NCBI GenBank assembly: GCA_964016885.1
Contig: OZ024747.1
Location: 82,460,001 to 82,524,000, forward strand
Direction: 5' to 3'
Origin: Eledone cirrhosa
Lineage: Eukaryota
DNA length: 64,000 nucleotides
A program made the translations under genes and the position numbers. Of the stretch, positions 54,360 through 64,000 are shown one piece after another. A model generated the notes under the pieces. The model worked only from the letters and a program-made list of their open reading frames with translations. It was not told the DNA's origin and made no database searches. Position 1 is the first letter of the stretch. Each line of letters opens with the position of its first letter.

Positions 54360-56169
54360 GTGAGTGAGAGGGAGAGAGAGAGAGAGAAAGCAAGCAAGAG
54401 TACAACTAAGAGAAAGATAAACGCAGACAGCTAATATTATGTAGAAACTTCGTAATACGACAGCTGCAACCTGATGGTACCTGTTACCCCCATACCAGTA
54501 ATTGTAGCAGATTGGTTTTTGTTTGGTTCCCAGAGCCGGTATGGTTTTGAACGACGATGTATGTGTGTGCGTGTGGTGTATAGGGGTTATAGCAGTTCAA
54601 TATAATATTAAATTACCATAGGTTTCACAAACGTAAACAGATACGTCTAACTCGTCAGGTGATGGAGAACAGTATGGTCCCTGAGTAGGAGTCGTTAGTA
54701 GCTTCCAATGATTGGTTTTGGTCACCTGTAGGAGTTGGTAGAGAAATAACGAAATCATTTCTTGTTTGTTGTTTCATTTATGAGAATGGACAGTTCGCTG
54801 GCACTATTTGTGAAAGACGAATGTTTAGTAACAATAGTTAGGGCTGTGTACTCGCTACCACTGTACATGCATGAGATAGAAAGTCGGTTACATAAGCATT
54901 TACACGTATATATATAGTAAGAAGAGCTGGTTGTGTCCCACTTATGTCTATTTAAATTTCAACACTGAAAAAGCACAGTCTCCTCGACAAATAAAATCTC
55001 ATACATCTCATTCTTTTAAAGAAGATACACATTCCTAAACCTTTACGGGGCCAACAAGTCTGGTGATAAAACACCAGCAACCTATAGGCCTACTACTACC
55101 TCAGATTTAGAAGTAGTCACGTTGAACTTATTACTGCTCAATAAACCTCAATATGGTATTACATATACCTCAATAGTCACGCAGACAATGATGAAACTAA
55201 TGACTTTCCAAAGACTAGATAAAGTGTCATAAAAGATGAAGAATGTGCTCATTCTCAGAAGTCAGTGTAATACTCTGGTGGATTTTATTAATCTGACATG
55301 TCGAATGACTCCAATATACATATTCTCAGATGCATTCATTTCATCCTTGACTAGACAGCAAGGCACTGTGTTTGAAACTCAGGAAGAAATGAAATATTAG
55401 GAGCTTGACACCGTTTGCAAAGGTGTCATCTACATTATTGAAATGGCATTTACTAATAACTTTGTATGTGTGTCAGTTGTACAGGTTTCATAACTGACAC
55501 ACATACACATAAATACTTAGGCGTATATATTGTGGAGATAGAAACCAACACATATTTAAATGTTAATGTTGTTGTTGCTGTAGCCTATGTCAACTCTGAT
55601 CGAACAGGTCTATTATGAGAGTTTTTCAGCCGCGACAACACTGATTTGTATTCAAGAAAAGTACACATCTAGGACTACATTAGTTAATATATTCTTTTTA
55701 GAAGATAGAAGTGGGATATTAGAAAAACCTTGGTTGCTACTCATAACAGTTCGAGAAACCGGGTCAGGGCTTCCTCCTTGGTTAATTTTTATAAATGTTT
55801 TTGTATAGTGTGTATATGTGTATGTATTTTGATTGGTAGTGAAAAATGCGTGGAAACTATATTAAACAATGTAATAGTAGTAGCAATCGTAAACTTGGTA
55901 CCATTACATTGATCATAATTATTTTTTCGCTTCAACATATATAAAATACAAACTAAACTTTAAAAAATTAGAATTTGACCTGAAAAATAAGTAAAATAAA
56001 CTACATCAGAATACTATGAACTATTCTAGCTATCGTTCTTAATGGTTATATTGAATTTTATAGAGTTTTATAAAGGAAAATATTTTACTCGATAGATTCC
56101 TCATAAAAATTAGAACAGCAAAATCTACTTTGAATAAATCTGTTCTCAAAATTGTACAACATTTTTCAA

Positions 56170-56375
56170 TGAGGGACATCTGCATGGTTGTTCGACCCGC
56201 TAGAAATAACAGTTGAATCTATCTCAAACTACATTCATGGTCTTAAAAATTGAAGGGCATGTTAGATAGTGCAATCCGGGAATTCTATATCTGAAAAAGA
56301 GCAGGTTTATCATGATTGGAATGCTTTTGATCATAGTTATGCTTGGACACGTCTGTCTTAGAGCTAAACTGAGAA
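56170..56375 (+). repeat. Dispersed repeat family D (CATGGTTGTTCGACCCGCTAGAAATAACAG..); related pieces at about 2400-2500, 3025-3075(-), 27565-27612(-), 55570-55720(-)
   Basis: Shared motif recurs across the window; class not determined. Confidence 0.55.
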
Positions 56376-56987
56376 GCTACCTTTGCTCATGTCCATCTCA
56401 GACCCCCAGGGCCAGGAAGATTTCGTTCTGCTTAAACATGAGTAATGGACACATCGAAGAAAGGAAGTTAATTACTGAAGTGTATGTAGGTGAATAGTAC
56501 AAAATTTGAAATAATTATTCCCCTTTACAATATATGGTAGACCGTAGACGAACGATAAATAGACCAACATAGTGTGATTTGAACCATAGAATAGAAGAGA
56601 GTATTTGCAATATAGGGAAGAATTAGTTCTGGTGCTCTTCATCTAACCTACAAGATCGTATATAATTACATTAAAAACATATAATTAATGAATAAATCTA
56701 TTTCGTTGAGCAAGTAGCTACTCTTGCAAGTCTGAAGAATAGTTGTTTGACCCTTTGTTACGCATGCGTCAATAATAAGTCGCGTCTGCAACATAAGATA
56801 TTTTGCTATTGACTGAGAAAATCTATACTGTCATTTACAATTTAGCTTTTATTTTTCTTCTTTATATTTAATTAATGGCGTCGTCTACGGTTTATTTGTT
56901 TCTTTTTCATGATTTGAAATATTAACATCCTGTTCTTTATATTAAAAGAGGTATCATTTCTACTACACACAGACACATCCAGTCACA

Positions 56988-57035
<48 letters not shown>

Positions 57036-57143
57036 ATGAATGAAGAGTAAGCTGTTCCTTCAAGCATGATTTGTTCAAAAAGTAAAAAAACAACTATATA
57101 TATTTTCTTGTTTCCCTTATGGCTTTCTAAAATGTTAATGTCT

Positions 57144-57194
<51 letters not shown>

Positions 57195-57215
57195 TGTGTG
57201 CATATATATACATAC

Positions 57216-57297
<82 letters not shown>

Positions 57298-57915
57298 GAA
57301 AAGTATAGAAATTATTGTAGCAAGAAGCCAACAGTATTCCATATATATATATGAAGGTAATTGTAAGAAGAAAAAAAATTACCGAAGTTATATTATTGAG
57401 AATTGTCGAGTCACATTCATTCATTTTAAAGCTGTTTAATAATTTATATATTTACTTATTTCCCTAACACATACAAACACGTACACGCATGCACATACAC
57501 GCACATATACACACACATATATGTCTGCATGTATATTTGTATGTGAGTTTCTGCGGTGAATGTATTGCGGCTTTTTTACGTGCTTTGCTGTTGATAATGA
57601 CACGTAGTCTAATATATATTTGTGAAATGGGTGGTGGTTGAAATTCAGTTGTGCACGGTTAAATGGTAGTAGACGTGGTCGCACAGACATGAAAATTTAC
57701 ACACTTATGTAAAAAGTGCCAAGGAAGCAAATAGACGAGGTTTCAAATCTCTAACTTGAAAAATGTGGCCCCTGGGGCCCCAAAACGGTCTATTTACTAT
57801 CGCGTTCGGTGAGTTATTTCCCCCTGTTCTAATACTTGGATGAGCTATTTACAATTTCATACAAATAAAGCAGTAAATAAAGGATTATGAATTCATGCAA
57901 TTGACTTATGTTTCG

Positions 57916-57971
<56 letters not shown>

Positions 57972-58254
57972 GAAAACGCTTTAATAAAAAAAAAAATATC
58001 AACTCTAATGTATCTATGCATGTATTTATGTGTTTATATCAGCGGGGATATGCAAGAAAATCTTACTTTGTGGACAGCTGCCCTTTAGCATAATATTCAT
58101 GCTAGAACAGCATATATTTGAAAGTTTTCAGGGAGTTGAATTACTGATTTTGGATCGGCAGCTTTAGCTTTGAAAAAATGAAATGTGCAGTGTAAACATT
58201 TTTTATTATTCCTCCGGGGATGAATCTTCTCTGCCTTTTTCCATCTCTTTCCAT

Positions 58255-58511
58255 CTCTGGAAGAAATCAGCCGTAGTAAGACCTAAAAAAATGGTTAGAT
58301 ACACCATGACGCACCGTGCATCACGGTGGAGTTGGAAAGCAGACTCAGAACATGGCGTTGTGTAGGGGGTGGCTCGCAGCCCAATGTTCCAGGGGGAGCA
58401 AAAGAAGAAGAAGAAGAAGAAGAAGAAGAAGAAGAAGAAGAAGAAGAAGAAGAAGAAGAAGAAGAAGAAGAAGAAGAAGAAGAAGAAGAAGAAGAAGAAG
58501 AAGAAGAAGAA
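58255..58511 (+). mobile_element. Degenerate LINE (RTE-like) 3' end with (GAA)n tail
   Basis: Frameshifted R-x-R-P-K-K-W-L-D-like and QNMALCR segments resemble the RTE C-terminal GRPxxxW..D / AQDRxxWR; ends in a long (GAA)n. Confidence 0.5.
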
Positions 58512-58625
58512 GGTGTGAGCTGGAGTCCTATCAAATATGTAGGTTGTGTCTTCAATTGAAGGTTTAGTAGAAACAATTCATGTATAGTTTTGTACTTTTC
58601 TTTTTGTCATTCATATATAAACAAA

Positions 58626-59678
58626 TCTACTATATAAATTGGAAGTGGTCGGACGTTGTATATGTAGGTGTAATCGGATAAACGTCTAACGGCTTGGTGG
58701 AATGCAGCGAAAATGTACAGTTATGCAGATTGACCCGAGGAAGCGTTGGGTTGACTTTCAAGCTACAAGCTTGAAAATCGATGAAACAGGAATTTCCCAT
58801 TCAAATTGAACTGAGAGTAATCTGTGAACGCAGAAGTAAATATTTCGAGAAACGTTGCAACCGAACGAAAACAGGAAGACGATAATTTGGTTCGTGAAGA
58901 CGTTCCCTGGCAATGAACGGGGAAAAGGGCGAGGATAATACGTCGTTATGTGGAGCGTCAAGAACAATTTCATGCAAAGACAAGACCAAATTTATGGTAT
59001 AAATGGAGTCGTTAGACTAATATTCTATTTAAAATAACAGAATGATTTCCAGCCCAGGAGTTTAAGAATGATGTAAATAAAATTGAAAACGAAAATAAGA
59101 GGTTATTAAAATAGTAAAAGTAAATAGTGAAGGTTTAGGCCAGTACATACGTATGCCCCGATGGACATACACATACATACGCACACACAAATACATACAC
59201 CCCACCCCCACCCCCAACACACACACACACACACACGCGCGTATGTATAAACCTTATGCATTTCTACAGTATTTTCACCAAACTTAAGACATAGGTTACT
59301 TATGTACTCCGGATGGTCATGGGCAGTGTCATTTTTCCAGATACTGATTATAGGGCCCCCGGCACTTTAACCACTTTAACCACTTCCTTGGAGTCGACTG
59401 AAGCACTGCAGTGCAATGCAACAAAACGTCATAACTTCTGGAGTTCGCAACCGATTTTCACAAAACTTGACACATGGGCTACGTTTGTCCTACAGATGAA
59501 TGTGAACTCTCATAATTGGCACATATTGGGTAGGGGACCCCTGGGGGTAGGAACCCTCTTTTGGAAAAAGCCGATGATTTTGTAAAAGTATAGTTTTTGA
59601 AGCAGCACTGAAGTATTGACATAAATGATATTCACAACTGCTATTTAATATCCGAGCAACGCCGGGTACCTCTGCTAG
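58626..59678 (+). mobile_element. Non-autonomous Helitron
   Basis: 5' A|TCTACTATATAAA; 3' GC-rich hairpin CCGAGCAACGCCGGG then CTAG|T; internal repeated TTCAC(C/A)AAACTT motif. Confidence 0.72.
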
Positions 59679-59802
59679 TTACATTATAAAGATACCTATT
59701 CACATTTGTCTTTGCGTTTCATTGGGTTTTTTTCTTTTTAGCAATATATATATATGATTATACGACTGCCAGTGTTTCGTGAGTGTGTATATATATATAT
59801 AC

Positions 59803-59936
<134 letters not shown>

Positions 59937-60001
59937 GTTTCTTTATATAGTTTAATAAATAGAGAACAAAAAAACAAAAAAAACGAAGAGGCAGTACAAA
60001 T

Positions 60002-60040
60002 GGGGACGTCGTTTCGGGCATAAGCCCTTCATCAGGAGAA
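60002..60040 (-). ncRNA. Penelope-type hammerhead motif
   Basis: CTGATGA-AGGGC-TTAT-GCCC-GAAAC-GAC-GTC; stem I pairing poor; part of a (TA)n-flanked insert at about 59937-60482. Confidence 0.6.
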
Positions 60041-61259
60041 AAGTGGGTAGGAAGAGAGTTCCGCGGGTGTGTGGGGGAGTAGTGGAAAGACATTTAAAAA
60101 AGGGGTGGAGAAAAGGGAGGAAAAACATTTTTTAGAGAGTAAAGGAAATTTTTTTAAAAACAAAAATAAAAATAAACAAGTGATGAAAGGGTGTGAGGCG
60201 TGTAGTGGTGGTGGTGGGTGGAAGGGGTGGAAAGGTGGGAGGGAGGCCGGGGGTCCGAGCGGGGAGGGCTGAAGGTGGTGTTTGTGTATGTGTTTAGGTG
60301 TACGTGTGTGTGTGTGTGAATGTCAGAGTTGTGGGAAGAACGAGGTTCCATGTTCAGATAAAAGGGAAACCGGTGTGTACATGGGGTGGGGTGTAAGTCG
60401 GTGTGTGCGTGCGTGAGGATGAAGAGGAGTCAGATTGGTGGGGGAGAGGGGGCATGTGGAGTCAGGAGGCTGAGTGTGTGGGATATATATATATATAATT
60501 ATGATTATTTTGTATATCTAGCGATGTGTGGTATATTTATGAATAAACATTTGAAAACCATCAGCTATGAATTTTGGAAACTGATAACGTAGCACCATCT
60601 AGCGGATTCCAACAGAAGCAAGGGTGGGTAAGTGTGGACGACAATCCTCGTTCCTGACTCTGGTCGATATCAAGACAGTGCTCCTTTACCCTACCCTCTG
60701 CTGGAAGTCAATATAGGCGAAAACACATACTTTTGACACTTATGTATATGGGCTGATTAGCTTCATTTGCATATAGAGTGGTCGGCCGTCTCGGCTGGAA
60801 AATACACACATGCATACATGCATACACACACACACAGACACATATACATATGCATCGACTTACTTGCATATACGCATATATATATGTTTGTATTTATGAA
60901 GTTTAGGTTTCTATCGGAATATATACGCTACAGAGATAGATGCAACAGTATTTTGAACACTAGTGTCATAGCTAATAGGTTAACCTACAGTATGACTGTA
61001 TTTAAAAGAAACTACTGTAAAAATATATCGATTGGTTGCTATACCATCTACCTGAAATTTGTTTTCACCTCAGTATGTACCTGTTTAATGATTCAATTTT
61101 TGCCGCAGTAGCAGCTGTATCTCTCATACTCTCTCTCTATTAATTCATACACATAGGCAACATACAGCATATATACATATATAATATATATTTTATATAT
61201 ATATATTACATAAGTATATATGTATATATATACATTTATGTATATATATATACATATAT

Positions 61260-61448
61260 AATTGTTTCTACTTTTGGCACAAGGCCAGCAATTACTCGGT
61301 GTATTACTGGTACTTTATTTTATCGACCCCGTAAGGATGAAAGGCAAAGTTAACCTCGGCGGGATTTGAAATCAGAATGGAAAGGGCCGTAACTCTTTGC
61401 GTCAAAGCATGGCTTCCGACCCGCTAACGATACTGCCAATCCACCGCC
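61260..61448 (-). mobile_element. SINE family A, full-length short form
   Basis: All motifs present; TATATATACATATATA on both sides as probable TSD. Confidence 0.93.
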
Positions 61449-61680
61449 TTATATATACATATATAATACACACTCATAGTCAATCTGATACATGGATACA
61501 TATACACATGTATATATATATACACACACACTCACACACAAACACATACACACGTGTACTGAGCTTTACATTAGGTTTTGTATACGGTGATCATATAATG
61601 AATCTTCTTTGGAAATATGTGTCTGTGTGTGTGTCTATGTGTGCGTGTGTGTGCGCGCGCGCGCGTGTGTGTGTGTGCGA

Positions 61681-61776
<96 letters not shown>

Positions 61777-61904
61777 TAATTGCATACCGGTGGAAATGGC
61801 CATAATAATAATATTCAACCAATGTAAACAATAGTGGAGAAAATCGAGTAAAGTGGGCCAGGAGATGGAGAAGTGATGAGAGCTGACTGCCTGACATGAT
61901 CGAC

Positions 61905-62082
61905 TACAGCATACAGTTATGGCCCTTTATGATCTGAGTTCAAATCCCGCCGAGGTTAACTTTGCCTTTCATCCTTACGGAGTCGATAAAATAAAGTACC
62001 AGTCACGCACTGGGGTCGATTTAATCGACTTTCCCCTCCCCCCAAAAATTGCTGGCCTTGTGCCTACATAAGAAACCATTAT
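61905..62082 (+). mobile_element. SINE family A, 5'-truncated long form
   Basis: B box, core, GTCGATTTAATCGAC hairpin segment. Confidence 0.9.
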
Positions 62083-62161
62083 TTGTGTGTTTGTCTGTGT
62101 GTGTATGTGAATGTATGTGTGTGTGCGTGTTGGTCTGAGTGTGTGTGTGTTTGTCTGAATG

Positions 62162-62197
<36 letters not shown>

Positions 62198-62359
62198 TGT
62201 CTGTGTGTGTGTGTGTTAATATAATATGCATCGATGATTTCCTCCATTAGGTTAATCAAGCAACATGCAAAGTTATTTGCCGCTCTATTAGCTGGCGATT
62301 GTTTTGAAGTGTTTCAATAAATTTAAAAGCCATATAATGTTTTCTTCTTGTTCGCCTCC

Positions 62360-62640
62360 TGCCTCCATCATTCGTGACCACACCCCCAAGATACTTGAAC
62401 TCCTTCACCTGCTTCAGTGGAACTCCATTCACATATAGTCGACTTGTGCAAGCTTCCTTCGGAGGAGGTGTCTCAGTCTTCGCAACACTGATTTTCATTT
62501 CTGTTGTGCAGCACTCGGCAGTAACCCTATCAAGTTCATGTGGAAGATCGCCTTCTTACGAGTTAAATAACACCATGAAATCCGCAAATTGCATCAGTCT
62601 TGATACCACATTTAACCTGGCAGCACATGTCAATCCTGTT
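62360..62640 (-). pseudogene. Non-LTR retrotransposon reverse transcriptase fragment (RTE/L2-like), degenerate
   Basis: QFADFMVL (decayed FADD motif) then MKISVAKTE...NGVPLKQVKEFKYLG, typical of RT domains 5-7. Confidence 0.8.
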
Positions 62641-63179
62641 CATGAAGATTGTGAACAGAAGAAGTGACAGTTTTGACGCTGGATACTATGCAGACACAAA
62701 ATGAGGTTCTTTAGTTTTAAAAGCTATCTCAGTGATGTCTCTCCTCCAAGTTGGTAGGCATCCATCTGAAATGAGCCGCACTCTGCGTTTGTCGAAGGGC
62801 TATGATTTAGACCTCTAAGACGTAAGGGCAGCGATAATCAGCCAACCAATCATATACTACTCACTGAAGAAGTACTGAAGTCACACAGTTTATTCATTTG
62901 ACATTATGACAGTATAAGTACCAATCTTAGACAACACAGATAAATCAAGGCCACGGATGAGCTTTTGATATTTACCTTGCTAGGAGACCAAACCGCCGAT
63001 TATATTACAGAGTGCCGCACACGTCTCCTTAACTTTACTATTTGTTTTTGGCTATTTTCATTGAACTCGTTTCTCAATCAATCAGAGTTAGAATGATTAG
63101 CTATTTCTACTGAAGTCAAAATGTCTCAAATTACTACTTATAATATCTAATAATATTCACATTAAAATCGTATCAGTTA

Positions 63180-63348
63180 CCGTATCTCCCGGCGTCCAAG
63201 GCGTTATTTTTTTCCTAAAATAAGTCTCAAAAATCTACCATGCGTCCTGGAGGCCGAAGGTTGTTTATTATTTTCTCTTCAAATTTTTGGTTGTCAAAAT
63301 TAAGGTGCGTCCTCGAGGACGAAGCGTCTTCGGTGCCGGGAAATACTG
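63180..63348. mobile_element. Tc1/mariner (pogo-like) MITE
   Basis: TA-CCGTATCTCCCGGC / GCCGGGAAATACTG-TA. Confidence 0.75.
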
Positions 63349-63425
63349 TAATTTATCTTTTGCTTTCGATTTTGATGATACTTGCTCACAATGTTGGTAG
63401 TGATGAGGTCATATTCTTGTTTAAT

Positions 63426-63613
63426 AGTTGTTTCTACTTTGGGCACAAGGCCAGCAATTACCCAGTACATTACTGGTACTTTATTTTATCGACCCGTAAC
63501 GATGAAAGGCAAAGTTAACCTCGGCGGGATTTGAACTCAGAATGGCAAGAGCCGTAATTCTAGCGTCAAAGCATGGCGTCCTACCCTCTACCGATACTGC
63601 CAATCCACCGCCC
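63426..63613 (-). mobile_element. SINE family A, full-length short form
   Basis: All motifs present; TTCTTGTTTAAT repeated on both flanks as probable TSD. Confidence 0.93.
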
Positions 63614-63763
63614 TTTCTTGTTTAATCTTGTTTAATAATCTGAATTACTTAGCTCACTCGGCAAACGCTTCTCTTCACAGTAAAAATCAAAATAAAACAA
63701 AACAAAACAGTCATTAAACTGTTCTGATATGATTAGACTGCTGCAACATTTCACAGTACGGAG

Positions 63764-64000
63764 ATATTCACCAGGGTACAACAGCTATCCGGCTGTTACG
63801 TCTGCTATCATACGTATCTCATAGAAGTAAAGAAGATTGTAAAGCTATTCACCAGGGTACAACAGCTATCCGGCTGTTACGTCTGCTATCATACGTATCT
63901 CATAGAAGTAAAGAAGATTGTAAAGATATTCACCAGGGTACAACAGCTATCCGGCTGTTACGTCTGCTATCATACGTATCTCATAGAAGTAAAGAAGATT
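63764..64000. repeat. 81-bp tandem repeat, about 3 near-identical units, runs off the 3' end
   Basis: TATTCACCAGGG at 63765, 63846 and 63927. Confidence 0.95.

Noticed and set aside
55463-55507. 16-bp perfect hairpin as pre-miRNA
   Set aside because: Stem too short and largely (TG)/(CA) low complexity.
58316-58576. Poly-Glu/Arg/Ser ORFs
   Set aside because: (GAA)n tail of a probable LINE remnant.

Overview
AT-rich, repeat-saturated eukaryotic (animal) genomic DNA. The SINE families and extreme (TA)n/(TG)n/(GA)n density look like an octopus/cephalopod genome (inference, not verified). No intact protein-coding gene is supportable; nearly all listed ORFs are microsatellite or satellite translations. 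Contents: a 19-bp satellite at the 5' end, about 20 copies of one tRNA-derived SINE (often in head-to-tail arrays), two or three other SINE-like families, hAT and Tc1/mariner MITEs, a non-autonomous Helitron, RTE/LINE fragments and several minisatellites. The most notable signal is a dense set (15 or more) of short, mutually divergent elements embedded in (TA)n tracts. Many are asymmetric fold-back palindromes with a unique tail, and many carry minimal type I hammerhead ribozyme folds. This matches Penelope-like element (PLE) pseudo-LTR insertions. In several copies the palindrome centre sits on or next to the ribozyme hairpin.
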